Source: Paraspadella gotoi
Lineage: Eukaryota > Animalia > Chaetognatha
DNA: 64,000 nucleotides
Direction: 5' to 3'
Assembly (NCBI GenBank): GCA_051294375.1
Contig: CM119268.1
Coordinates: 16,169,528 to 16,233,527, forward strand
Positions 27,417-39,779 of this stretch are shown here, piece after piece; positions within the stretch are counted from its first letter, which is position 1; every line of letters begins with the position of its first letter. The notes below the pieces were generated by a model. That model searched no databases. It had not been told where the DNA came from and saw only the letters and a program-made list of their open reading frames with translations. The position numbers were made by a program, and so were the translations under genes.

Positions 27417-27547
27417 GTTTCTTTGGCTCTGCACAATGAATAATTCTTTCCGTTGATCTTGTAGAGCATTTTGTGAAGAGGCCTGTGGGCGAAGCCAGGA
27501 TCCGCCAAGACACGTGAAGCAGTCGCCAACTCGATAGTCGAACGATG
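27417..27547 (-). CDS. FN3 exon (N-terminal half)
   Basis: Acceptor ccttcAAG, donor GTGAGT. IVRLSSWRLLHVSW joined by one inferred base to ADPGFAHRPLHKMLYKINGKNYSL gives l.vsW..P......Y.i. Phase-2 end fits the next exon. Confidence 0.6.
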
Positions 27548-27800
27548 CTTGAAGGCGAAAATAATTCCAACGATTTATTTTTCTTCTCTTTCATTCATTC
27601 ATCTCATTCATTCATTCACTTCATTCATTTTCATTCATTCATCATTCATTTCATTCATTCACTCTGTTTCTTTCTTTCTTTCTTTCTTCTTTCTTTCTTT
27701 TTTCTTTCTTTCTTCTTTCTTCTTTCTTTCTTTCTTTCTTTCTTTCTTTCCTTTCTTCAATTCTCTCTCTCTTCTCTTCTCTTATCTGCTCTCTCTCTCC

Positions 27801-27848
<48 letters not shown>

Positions 27849-28019
27849 TCTCTCCTTCTATCTCTCTCTCTCTTTCTCTCGCCTCATGAACGGATGTTTG
27901 CTGTGGACGCATTCGCTCGATCACCCAAAACACTGTAAATCCGTTGAATGGGCCGTCCGATAACAACAACAACAACGAATAACAACCAAATAACCGTAAA
28001 AAAAAAAATCCTCCGCCCT

Positions 28020-28282
28020 CTATTCCGGATACAACGGGAAAACGGAGACTCGTACGACGAACCTCAACGACGACGACAACGACGACGACAACGATAACAA
28101 CAACGCATCCTGCGCCTTCGCTCCATTCGCGCCATCTACCAATCGAACCCAGAGCAAGTAACGCTCCCGCCCGTCCGAGATGTCGCTCTCACTGGGGAGC
28201 GATTGGCTCGTTGGCGTCTCTTTAACGATGGGCGTGGATTCAACAACCGACGTCGCATTCTCTGGGATTTCCCTCGTGGGAA

Positions 28283-28313
<31 letters not shown>

Positions 28314-28364
28314 CGACGGTGGCCAGTGGAATCCAGTTTCCGCATTTCCTTTGTCGCGTGGTGA
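28020..28364 (-). CDS. FN3-like exon of the IgSF receptor
   Basis: Acceptor ttttctcgcCAG; 114-codon open frame with EIPENATSVV and ERYLLWVRLVDGANG (FN3 Y.v.V.....G-like). 3' boundary uncertain. Confidence 0.5.
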
Positions 28365-28633
28365 CTGGCGAGAAAATCAATGGCTAAAACATAGCCTGTC
28401 CAAAGACAAGATAAATAATTCATTGAATGAATGAAAGATTTTCATATTGTTTGCACCAATATAATAAAAACATAGTTATATTAAAAATTTTTTTAAAAAA
28501 TGTTTTGCATTTTTCGTTTATATTAATCAAATGACGAAAGCTCAACTTCCCTCCCCCCCAACTACAGCAACAAAGATCCCACTTCGCAGTAAATCGCCTG
28601 CAAATTGTTCCCGTCGCTCGTTCTAACCCTTAC

Positions 28634-28828
28634 GCCGGCTCGAGTCGGCCGCGGGATGTTAAAGCGGAGATTTATAGGGAGGTTGTCGCCCGCTTTGGCA
28701 GGAGAGCTCGTATCGCGGCCCGAAGGACCCAAGGTGCATCCGCCAATGAACGACTCGTTTTATTTCTTCGCCCATTAAATTACTTATATGGATCGGAAGG
28801 AGTTTTTTTTTCCGGAACGGGGATGATG

Positions 28829-28861
<33 letters not shown>

Positions 28862-28979
28862 GGGCCCGGTTGCGTCCCATCGTTCGATTCCAGGTTTCAG
28901 GTTAAATCGTTTCAAGCCGGAGTGCGTACGAGGCGGACAGAGTTGCAGTCGCTGTTGGTCGCTTCGCTGCCAGGGAATC
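28634..28979 (-). CDS. IgSF exon, C2-set-like Ig domain with several indels
   Basis: Acceptor tagttCAG, donor GGC|GTAAG. Frames give DCNSV, TWNRTMG...EEIKRVVHWRMHLGSFGPRYELSCQ, then AGDNLPINLRFNIPRPTRAG after a 1-bp shift. Phase-0 end matches the next exon at 28364. Confidence 0.55.
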
Positions 28980-29630
28980 CTGAACTACGAGGCCAAACGA
29001 TAAGGACGATAAATCCAAGATGATGAACGCATAAATTAACGAGAATGAGGTTATTTTCCCGCCCCTTTAAATATTTTTTTAAATAATTATATTTTATATT
29101 CTATTTTCTTATTCTGTTTTAAGTATTTTATTAATTATTATTTTTATTCATTTGTTTTTTTTTTATTCAATTGGGCAAAGTAACTTTTGTTTTTAATTCA
29201 ATTGTTCTCGACACGTTGAACTCCAACAGTTATTTCATATTTCCAAAATGAATCGATAACACAGTCGGTTTTCACGACGTATGCAACTTGACTTCTTTCT
29301 TTCTTTTCCTGAGAATGAGACAGTTCGATGACGAATTACAAGCATAATATTAGTGATTAATTTCGTTTCATGAGGAAAACGCAGATATATTATAACAAAT
29401 TAACTATGGTTAAGCGATGTTAAGGAGTTAAGGGAGTCAGCCAAAAACCGTTGACGAAAAAATCTGAACTTTGCTATCTGAACCGTCCTATATCCAGTTT
29501 CTGACAACTGTTTTTCAATTTTCATCTTCCTACTAAACGCATAATTTTATATAATAAACCCAATTTTTAGTCACATCACCACTTATAGCCCTTGGATTGC
29601 TCTCTCCAAAAAGTTTAAAACTCACACATA

Positions 29631-31304
29631 AACTCCTCAGGCCGGTCAAAAGATTAAAGTACATTTAAAAAAAAGAAAATTTCACATAGTTTTATATAGT
29701 GTCAAAGTTTTCACTGCTCTATCGAATTAAAACAATTCCAATGGAAAGATGCCATTCTATAAAGTAACTCCTCTTTCATTACGAATCAAGCATTACTTAG
29801 TAATTTTTTAATTTTAGGTCTCGATATAAGCTTGAAAAGATTTTATGCTAATGACGTAAAGAAAACAGTAAAGTTATCACTTAAAATATTAAAATATTCT
29901 CTGTCTTTACCATAAACTAAAACTCATAATCGTGAAAGATCTTTAAAAATGTTTTGAAAAATCTTTCTTATTGTTGTTAAGTCACCATATATCAGAAAAA
30001 AAATAATTATTCTGACACTAGTAAGTAAAAAAATCTGCTGTTTAGAAATTGTGTTGAGAGCGACATTCGCATCCAAACGACATTAAAAAGTTATTGATCA
30101 AATCATTAGACATCACCCCAACGTTGACGAAGGTATTGGAATAATAAAAAGGATCTTTCCTATTTATTATTTATCATGTTTATTCATTAGAAGAAGTTTG
30201 AAATTATTCAATAACGATTTTATATTTCAGAGAAAAGTTTACACTGTCTCGGCTTCTGTCAAGCCTTCATCAGCGTTAATTTGATATGTGAAAAAGTAAA
30301 CAAAATCTGTGCAAAGAATAGGAGAGAGAAGAGAGAGAGAAAAATAGAGAGAGGGCAATAGAAATATGATAAAGAAACAGTGTCAAATGGTGAGGAGAGG
30401 CTAAAGGTGAGGACAGATTGATTAGTTTTGAAAAAATGAAATGGTAAGATCAAATCAAATTAACGCCGATGAAGGCTTGAACAAAAGCCATGTACGTTTT
30501 TTCTCTAAAAAAAATAAATATATGTTGAACATAACTATTCAAACTTCTTCTAATCTACAAAATGAAAAAGAAAGGTATTATAACACAATGTTAATTCATG
30601 TACATTCATATTCATATTCATGATCAAGTTCTAAAATAAATAGGGTTAAATCGATAATATAAAAAAAGTTTAACTATGATTTTTATTTTTAAGTGCGTCA
30701 ACTTTAAAGAGTCACTGATCAAATCACATCCAGAAAAAGCAACACCTTGAGCATTTGCAGGTTCTTAATTCATTTGGTGTAAATTTAATATTTTCTTTTC
30801 AGTAGCGAACAGAGTGAAAGGTATATTGTGCCTGCAATAAAGTCTAGGTCTCAAACAATGCAGAAAAAAATATAACAAATTCGACTATGATCTGATAGGT
30901 ATTGAAAATACTTAGGAATAAATTCTAAAATGGAATTATGTTATTGAACAAAATCTTTTTTTTCATCAGGAGCAGAAAATCAATGTGTTAGTTACTTAAC
31001 TGGAAAAGATAAATCGACTTGCAAGACCAAGTTTTTTGTGAGCAGATAGAGAATAGCTGGCACTGTAAACTTTTATGTTATCAAAATACTCCTAATCTCT
31101 CTCAAGAGGATATTTCAAAAAAAAACAATCAAAATTATATGCTAGAGATCCAGAATTTATTGTTTTAAAAATGTAAATTATTTCTTAAGTAAATAAGCTT
31201 TTTGTTGATTTTTTGTATGCTTCTCCATCTCGGGCAGCCAATAAATTAAAATGATATTACTCATGTTTGACTTACATAAGTTTTTTTTGATGGCCTGAGG
31301 AGTT
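29631..31304. mobile_element. Candidate non-autonomous DNA transposon (about 1.67 kb)
   Basis: 13-bp perfect inverted termini AACTCCTCAGGCC (29631-29643) and GGCCTGAGGAGTT (31292-31304), with TCAAAA/TTTTGA also matching just inside; the right end runs into TTAA; AT-rich interior without ORFs. Confidence 0.3.
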
Positions 31305-31949
31305 AACCGCGTTTTAACTATACCTTTTCCAAAAATGCAGGATAGCTAATTTTTTTTTAAAAATCTGATGAATAAAAATTCTTTGTAAAGAACCAAAAAA
31401 ACTTTTTTGAAAGGTCTCAAGTTTTTAATCGTTTTTCTTAGCTGTACGCGTCTAAACCAAAATAAAGAAGTGAACTGATCCAATAGTCTAAAAGTTATTA
31501 ATTCCGAAATTTTATCATTGACTTTTAACGTTCTCCGTCGAAAAGATACTATAAATACTTAAAACAGATTTTTAGAGCATTGTCTACTGACTGATTCCTA
31601 TAGCCCTTACCGAAATATATTGCTCATACCGCAATTACAAGCCTAAATTTTTAAAGGTTGGCTAATTGTAAGCATAGTACTTATTAAATGCTCTGAAGTA
31701 TATAGATAACATGTCAATTATTAATTTAATTTATTATTATTTCTATTTCTATAATCAACACACATCTGAAAATGACCGAGTTTGTTTTATTGGGTGTTGG
31801 AAGTGTAATAGAGTGGCAGAAATTTTTTTTAAATATCTAAAGATCATCCGTGATGAGCAAATTTATTCATTCACCGAAAGGAGAACCAACAACTAATCTA
31901 TGAATATTATAATTAATATGCTTAATATGCATCTTTAAACTCACGTATC

Positions 31950-33952
31950 CTAATAACAATTAATAACAGGCCTATTGTCACTGACGCAATGGCGCATTGC
32001 CTTACAAACTGATAAAACCATGAAATCTATTGCCAACCCGAAAATAGCGAAAGCTAATTCTTCTTCAGCTTCCAACCGCATCGGCTCTGTGTCGAGAGCG
32101 CACTCCTTCGTGTAGTTGCGAACTACAAGATGATGTGTCGAGTTGTAGAATTGTAAAACTGAGAAGAAAAAAAAACCAAAAGATAAATATAAAATGTTTA
32201 GAATGCGCATGTTTTTGAATCCCCATTACGAAACGAATATTAAACTAAACTTACCTCTCTTAAATGGGCAATCGACAGTCCGTGGACAAGCGGGTAAGTA
32301 GATCGGGTAAGGATCTTTCGGTTCCACCTCCTTGTCGTTGCGGTAGAGGAATTTGATGTAGGGTCCTTTCGTTGAATTGTACAATTCCATCGCGAGAAAC
32401 GCGTTGTATTGGGGAACCGTGTGCCAAGTGTAGTTCAACGCGCCTCAGAAATAAATTACGATCTTAGATGAAAATTGTTTTAAACGTAGAAACAATACGA
32501 TTTACTGAGCAACGCCAAAATAGTCGTATCGTGTGCGGAGTAAAAGTAAGCTTTGTCGGCCTCTTCACAACTGCCACTCTTCATGTCCACCAACTTTCTC
32601 TTCACGTTCTTCAACAGTTTCGCCAAGAGATTCCCGCCCGCGAGCCTCTTCATCTCTTCCGTCCAAAACAAGACTTGATTTTCCAAAAGAGTCAGCTTCA
32701 GGAGAACCTGAACAGGGATGAAAGATTAAAGGGAAGCTCTAAAGCAGGCGTGGAAGAGAAGCTCACTTTACCCGCATATCTTTTCGTGTGACCCAAGACG
32801 GTAGGGTGAGATTGTTTTCTCGTTCAACCAACAGAATGTCGTACAATTCGTACAACATATAGTCAGGCATCCAGAAACCTTAAAATCAATTATAACTTTT
32901 CGATATTGACAATTCCACTCAAGTGTCTTACAAAAAAAAAAAGCACCCGAGTGTTTTCGGATTTTGTCAATAAACTTCCTGTTGGAAGGATCATTGAGGA
33001 AAGCATTGAGAATCGGGTTGGAAGCTAAAGCCTTGTTCTTAAGCCTTTCGTATTTCGGACAATTTGTTCCATATAGGAGAAGGTAGTCGTCCTGTGTAAT
33101 ATTCAAACAAATTAAACTGTTACAGATAATCCGGTCATTGTAATGGCCATCGGGCAACTGAAAAATAGTGAAATAAGTTATCAATTTTTACCTTGATTGG
33201 TACAGAGTGGACAGGGATTGGCTGCCATGGAAAGTCAGGTTGATCCGGGTTCCAACGCGCGGCTGGAATGTTGCCAGGATAAAGACCGGTCAATACCGAC
33301 TCGGCCGTCATGATGGTTCTATCGAGGTCTGCAAATAATGACTTCATGTGTTATCATGATACTCAGATGATCAGCATTTGCTTTGAATAAAAAAATAAAA
33401 AATGAAAAATAAGGTAACCTTTAATCATTTGTCTTTCACGCACTTTTATTTTTTTTAATTTCTAACATATTGAAAGGACCTGACTTGAAGTTTACCGGTA
33501 GATCGAATGTAAATATCTGATTTGTTGAACATTGGTGGCAAAAACCTGATAGTATTACAGAATAAAAAACTCAAAATTACAAAAAAATATATATTTATCC
33601 TTTTATGCTTACTTCTTTTTGTCAACATAGTATTTTTTTAAAAACTTTCCCAAGTGAAATGATCTCCAAATTCCCTTTGGGGTCAATTCCCCCAAACCTC
33701 TGGGCCATTTATCACTTTTATAAGGATCTGATGGGTACGTGACATAAGGGCTTCTGTCCCCATGACGAAAGACAATCTAAAAATAATCAATTACTTTAAT
33801 CAATTAACTTGATTAACCTTATTGTCAACATTTGATAAAGTAACAAGCTCCAACTTTTTCACCTGAACTAAAAGAAGTTTGTCGTCGTTGGCGCTGGAGT
33901 GAACCAAAACAATCACAACAAAGAGCAGAAACGTCAACATTATTTTTTTCAT
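31950..33952 (-). CDS. Histidine acid phosphatase (lysosomal/prostatic acid phosphatase family, His_Phos_2), complete 9-exon gene, about 430 aa
   Basis: Hand-spliced with phase-consistent GT-AG introns. Exons 33952-33863 ([30 protein letters not shown], signal peptide), 33776-33613 ([19 protein letters not shown]...GLGELTPKG), 33545-33496 (IYIRST), 33328-33192 ([18 protein letters not shown]...WQPIPVHS), 33091-32947, 32878-32772 (NLTLPSW), 32707-32506 (YSAHDTT), 32443-32255, 32158-31950 (stop). Total 1293 nt with no frameshifts. Catalytic RHGxRxP and HD motifs are intact. Confidence 0.95.
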
Positions 33953-34759
33953 TTTATTTTCTCATTTGGATTGTGTTTCGATGAAAAAAAGGGAAAAAAA
34001 AGGTTTGAGTTTTTTCTTCAAGCCAAAGAAAAGGATTATAAGCTAAAAGAAATGAAACTAATCTAAACTAATCCTGATTGAGTGTTCTGAATTTTTTTGA
34101 CTCACATCTTTCGAGTAAAAAATAATGATTTCTTAACTTACAATTAACGATTTACTTTTTTATTAAACGACTATAAATGAGAATTTAGTGCAAAGTAGGC
34201 TAAAGCTGACTTCTATAAGTTCTTTAAACCCCTCAAGTTGCCATAGAGCGGCAACCATCACACACTCAATCACTCAAACGCTACCATTCCTGTAAGGCAG
34301 GTGCCATGTTGGGGTCATGAGTCATGAGTGGTCGTGAGCAGATGGCTATACCGAATAAGCCAATGTGCATTTGCAGAAGAAACCTGGGCAATACCCGCTA
34401 TATACTAACGCCATATATAATAATATGTTTATATATAATATCTCCTTTTTTCTCACGCCGTAGTACCAACTAAAATTTTAGAATATTTATTATAAAAACC
34501 CACTTTTTTTAGCAAAAATCCGCAGGAGTTCGTTGCTGACCGGAGTAGAACGAGGCCAATGAGAGACGGACCCTGCGTCATGTTACAGATAGAGCTAGGG
34601 TCCCTTCACCGCCTTCTTCCTCCTTCTCCGCTTCTCCCCCTACCCCTCCTCCCGCTCGGGCGACGCTCGATCCTTCGTAGAAAATTAATCATCAGTTTGC
34701 GTTTGTTTTTATTTCCCTCTGGAGACAAAGACGACTTCCTCCCTCGCAACATCTCCGTG

Positions 34760-34878
34760 TCCTCTGAGGGCCTAGCGGGCATGGAAATGGAGAATGTCCA
34801 TTGTCCAGTGGATTATTTTTTCAGCAAAGTCCGGCACTCGAGCGAAATCTCTTATATTCTCGACGAAAGAAAGTCACG
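34760..34878 (-). CDS. Candidate frameshifted Ig exon (C...W)
   Basis: Acceptor tccctCAG; adjacent frames give EISLEC and DFAEKIIHWTMDI; needs indels, ends approximate. Confidence 0.3.
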
Positions 34879-35104
34879 GCTGAGGGACAACTTAAACTTG
34901 TCATGAAATGATCATACGTTTTGTCGTTTTTTCACGCAGCTTCCCTCGGGTTTTAAAATAACTCGCCCACTGTCTGGACTCTGGCTCAGACCAATTAACT
35001 CTGTCATTTTCCTGTTTTTTTTATTTTTCTGATTTATAACAATTTTTAAGTTCAAAATAAATAAACGAGACTGTGAGAGAGTCTTGATTGAAAGCTTGCA
35101 GGGT

Positions 35105-35206
35105 CCTGCTATATCATTATCTTGTCTTGCTTGTCTAAAATCAGGGGCAAGATAGCTTATTTAATAAATGAATGGATTATTTTTATATTGGTTGTACCAA
35201 TTTCAT
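35105..35206 (+). repeat. Short dispersed repeat, copy 3
   Basis: Core caggggcaagatagcttattt...atgaatggat...ttttatattggttgtaccaatttcat, shared with 37079-37205 (inverted), 11550-11634 and 28393-28460. Confidence 0.85.
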
Positions 35207-35299
35207 AATCGAATTTTCCTTTTGTCATCGCGCATCCCCGGTCAACCCAACCCCTCCTTTGCCTATGCTCTTTTTTTTATAACGATCGCAAGCTTCGTT

Positions 35300-35404
35300 C
35301 TTCATTAACGCCCTTCCACCATCAACGTTGCCCGCTGTCTTCTTGCCTACATTGGCAGCAATGAGAGCGATGGTCGCATTGGCCGTTTTCCATCGACAGT
35401 CGAC
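35300..35404 (-). CDS. Candidate frameshifted Ig exon
   Basis: Adjacent frames give NATIALIAANV and RQEDSGQ, resembling the Ig L.i.nv..eDsG motif; ends approximate. Confidence 0.3.
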
Positions 35405-35417
35405 TATTGCAAACCAC

Positions 35418-35495
<78 letters not shown>

Positions 35496-35601
35496 CTCTC
35501 TCTCTCTTCTCTCATTCTCTCTCTCCATGCAACAATGCCAATCTTATGAGACACACGTCCCCTGTTGTTATAAACAAAAAACATATTTAAACAAAACACA
35601 C

Positions 35602-35810
35602 CTGATTTTCTCTGCAGATTATCTTCGGACCGAAGGTCACGTTGAGCGCATCGTATCCGCATTGCGGCGTCGCTATCGACGTGTTCCAGTGTTTTCCTGA
35701 ACGACCGTCATAAATTAAAATATTATTCCAGCTGCATTACAAGTGGAACCGGTCTCGATGTCGATACGAGGTTTTAGCGTCGTGTTCTCAAAGGAAAACT
35801 CCGACGTCGT
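35602..35810 (-). CDS. IgSF exon (Ig domain end and linker), one 1-bp deletion inferred
   Basis: Acceptor ctgtacCAG, donor CAG|GTGTGT. TTSEFSFENTTLKPRIDIETGSTC / CSWNNILIYDG...DALNVTFGPKIICRENQ; LNV.FGP is a typical Ig-Ig linker. 209 nt, one short of in-frame. Confidence 0.55.
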
Positions 35811-36237
35811 CTGGTACAGTTTTATCTTTATGTTAATTTAGTTATGACATTTTTAGAATCCTGGGTCGTTGTCATTGTGTGTCATTGTCGTTATTGTAGT
35901 GTATTATTTTGTTTTATGTACATTGTATATTATTGTATTGTATCTTTTCGTGTTATTTCATTTTTATGTTAAACCTTAAGTCGACGCTGTTAATTTGGTA
36001 TTTGTTTTTTTATTTATGTCATAATATTTATGTCATAATATCGCGTTATGTCAGGGACAAGTCGAACTTAATTTTTAATTAACTAAAAAATTTTTCCGCG
36101 AAAAAAGCGTCGTACAAATTTTGGGGACCAAAAAAAAGCTCATAATAATCGGGGAAAAGATAAAATTTGGGCGGTTAATTTTAACGGGATCTCTGTGTCG
36201 GGTGACGAACGAAGATTTGCCAAAGCGGAACGAAGCC

Positions 36238-36384
<147 letters not shown>

Positions 36385-36795
36385 AATCTCCTTTTTTTTC
36401 GTAAACAGAAGCCAAATGCGCGCTTACTTCATTTGGAAGAAAAAAATACTGTGTTGGCTGTTAGTTTATTTGGAAACGAAAACCACTGTGGGCGATGCGA
36501 GTTTATATTTGGAAATGAAAACACGGGACGCCGTCGCCAGGGACGCCCTGGCTTAACGCCTCTTTTACTTTGAAATTTTTTTGATGCCGTTTTGGGACCA
36601 GTTTTAAGTTTTTAAATATAAAATGAAAGGTAATAAAGTAATACGATGTAGTTAAAAATGCTCTGAAATATTCAAACAATGATTCGATGTAAATATATTT
36701 TAGAAATTTTTTTTTTAAATACTAAAGCGGAAGGACGTTCCGTGTGTACTTTTTTTAAAATGCAAATTTGATTTCTGCCGTTGGCTCTTGCTCAC

Positions 36796-36958
36796 CGAAC
36801 TCTACGAAGCAGTTGATGGACTTTCGGTGATCGAGAAACGTCGGCGTGAATCGATACTTGGAGGAGAGAGTCTTCCCGCGCGCCGAGACCTTTCCCGTGA
36901 AGATTGTCCCGTCGCGAACCCAGAGGAGGTCGGGCTTGAGGGACCCGTGAACGTCCAC
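36796..36958 (-). CDS. IgSF receptor exon, CD80-like C2-set Ig domain (nephrin/KIRREL/sidestep-type)
   Basis: Acceptor ttcttcaatAAG, donor GTGAG. VDVHGSLKPDLLWVRDG...SSKYRFTPTFLDHRKSINCFVEF matches the P.l.W.rdG...S.l.ftP...Dh.k.i.C pattern. Confidence 0.8.
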
Positions 36959-37078
36959 CTTATTGAAGAAAATAAAAATGCAATACAATTGATACAACAA
37001 ATATGTAATAAAATATTTTTTGCAATTAATTTTTAAGAAAAACAATTTTTTTCACATTTAATTAAAATATATTGTTTA

Positions 37079-37205
37079 ATGAAATTGGTACAACCAATAT
37101 AAAAATTATCCATTCATTTAATAAATAAGCTATCTTGCCCCTGACTTTGGACAGGCTTTGGTGGTTTAAGGCCTCCATCACTCTTACAAGATAATTACAT
37201 AGCAG
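37079..37205 (-). repeat. Short dispersed repeat, copy 4 (inverted)
   Basis: Reverse complement is near-identical to 35132-35206 over about 75 bp. Confidence 0.85.
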
Positions 37206-37977
37206 GTAATTCCAAAATTTATCTTAAAAACAGCAGGATGTTAATTTTTTTTATTATTAAAATATAATTTCATCGTCATTAATTAATCTTTCCTTCAATG
37301 GATTCCGTCTGCGCNNNNNNNNNNNNNNNNNNNNNNNNNNNNNNNNNNNNNNNNNNNNNNNNNNNNNNNNNNNNNNNNNNNNNNNNNNNNNNNNNNNNNN
37401 NNNNNNNNNNNNNNNNNNNNNNNNNNNNNNNNNNNNNNNNNNNNNNNNNNNNNNNNNNNNNNNNNNNNNNNNNNNNNNNNNNNNNNNNNNNNNNNNNNNN
37501 NNNNNNNNNNNNNNNNNNNNNNNNNNNNNNNNNNNTAGCATAGCATAGATAAGCAAAAGAAAGAAGAAAGAAAGAAAAAAAAAGAAGAAAGACAAGAAAG
37601 AAAGAAGAAGAAGAAAGATAAAGAGAAGATAGTGAAGAAGAACGAAGAAAAGAGATAAGAAAGAAAAGGAAAGAAAATAATAGCATTAGAGAAGAAAAAT
37701 AGAAAAAGAAAGACAAAGGAAAGAAAGCGAAAAGAAAGAAAGAAAAGCAAAAAAAAAAAAAAAAACAATAATAGCTCATTAAATCATTGAAACACATCAA
37801 TAATCCAGCCCAAACAACCCCCCCCCGAGTGCGCCGTCAAGAGTGTATGAGTCGTCTAAAACCTTTGCTCAGGGCGTCATCCTTTGCGGCGAAATGCCTC
37901 TTGAAGCGTTACTTAAGTCGTCCCCGTGTAAAGGGGGAATCGCCGTGGCGAATCAATTTTCTGACCTAAAAATAGCA

Positions 37978-38046
<69 letters not shown>

Positions 38047-38726
38047 GCTCACGCTCTCGCGTTCGCTCGCGTAATGGTTATGCGCTTGGAAAAAGTAATG
38101 ACTAGGAAAGATAAAAAAATAAAAAAACATGGCTACTGAGAATGTTTGCTGTTTAAAAAAAGGATACGTTACGAAAATACACGGGAAGTACGAAAAAAGA
38201 ATAACAATCTCACAAATCACCACCAGCTTTTTAAAAAAAATCTTTCATTATGTAAAATTTCAAAAAAGAGCAAAGTTGTTTGCTATTTGTTCGTGGACTC
38301 GTTGCATGTAATACGTGATCGTTAATTATTCACGCTGGTTGTCCGGCGAAATTGTGAGCTACTGCGTCCGTCTTTTTCACGTTTCTTTTTTTTTCACGAA
38401 TCAGACATCAATAATGTAAAAAAATTGGCTGAAAAGAAGAACCGTATTTTGGCGTAAGTGACGAGGAAAGTCAACGCTTTATGATGATTTACGCTTTTGA
38501 TGAGGATTTATTCGTCTTTATGCGTCTTTCTTTCGATGAAGGAAATGTCGTAGGAAGAACGTGAGCTCACTTGATTTTATCATAAAGTGTTTATTATCTA
38601 TATACCCTTTTGTAGAGATCTTACTTGATATTATTTTTATTATTATTACTATTATTATTATTCCTCTATATGATTCATTTATGGCAATTAGGTATAGGGA
38701 CGTAGGTATAGCATCTTTTCTACTGA

Positions 38727-38856
<130 letters not shown>

Positions 38857-38979
38857 TATTAAATATTAATAACTATATTAATACTATGAAGTAAAACAAG
38901 TCTTTACCTTTTCTTCCCTCCTATTTTTTATACTCATCCTGTTAGCCATCCCCTTAATCATTTTCACAGAGCAAATAAC

Positions 38980-39097
38980 CTCAACGTGCCGATGGATGTT
39001 TCATTGTTTATAAACAAGAAATCTCGTCTCTCCACGTAAACATCATAATGTCTCTCTTCAGCGATGATTGCCTTCCTTCCTGCATCTTGCTCTGCCC
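38980..39097 (-). CDS. Probable IgSF exon fragment, truncated by an N gap
   Basis: Open frame AEQDAGRKAIIAEERHYDVYVERRDFLFINNETSIGTLR with beta-strand character, running out of a gap; weak donor. Confidence 0.35.
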
Positions 39098-39779
39098 NNN
39101 NNNNNNNNNNNNNNNNNNNNNNNNNNNNNNNNNNNNNNNNNNNNNNNNNNNNNNNNNNNNNNNNNNNNNNNNNNNNNNNNNNNNNNNNNNNNNNNNNNNN
39201 NNNNNNNNNNNNNNNNNNNNNNNNNNNNNNNNNNNNNNNNNNNNNNNNNNNNNNNNNNNNNNNNNNNNNNNNNNNNNNNNNNNNNNNNNNNNNNNNNNNN
39301 NNNNNNNAGAGAGAGAGAGAGGGAGAGAGAGAGAGACATAAAGAGAGAGATAAATAGGAATGAACAAGCCTCCCTGACCTTTTTAGAAGCAAGAAAAACA
39401 TAAAAAATTCGAAATAAAAATGAACAGGTGAGATNNNNNNNNNNAGAAAAACTGAAAGAAAAACAACCGAATGAGACGAAAGAAGAGAAAATGATCTGAG
39501 AAAAAGAAAAGAAAGTAAAAAAAGGTGAGAGAGGAAGGGGAAAAAGGAGGGAGTAGAAATAAATAAAAATCAAGGCGTATCCCGAAAGTAAACATCGAAA
39601 AAAAAAGGGAAAAATATCCCAGCGAAAAAAGGCGGGGAAAAAAATCGGTAGAAATGGGAAAATAGAAAATATGAATAAAGGAAAAGAAAATAAGGAAGAA
39701 AAAAAATAAGGAGTAGGAACGAAGCAACAGAGGAAAAAGAATGAGAGAAAAATCAGAAGAAAAAAAAGCAGAGATGGAA

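Noticed and set aside
34559-34906. 115-aa plus-strand ORF
   Set aside because: No recognisable family; more likely the antisense shadow of a GC-rich minus exon.
35618-35812. Plus-strand exon IIFGPKVTLSASYPHC after ttttctctgcag, implying a local inversion
   Set aside because: FGPK is encoded by a near-palindrome; the minus reading has both splice sites, the LNVTFGP linker and the same strand as the other exons.
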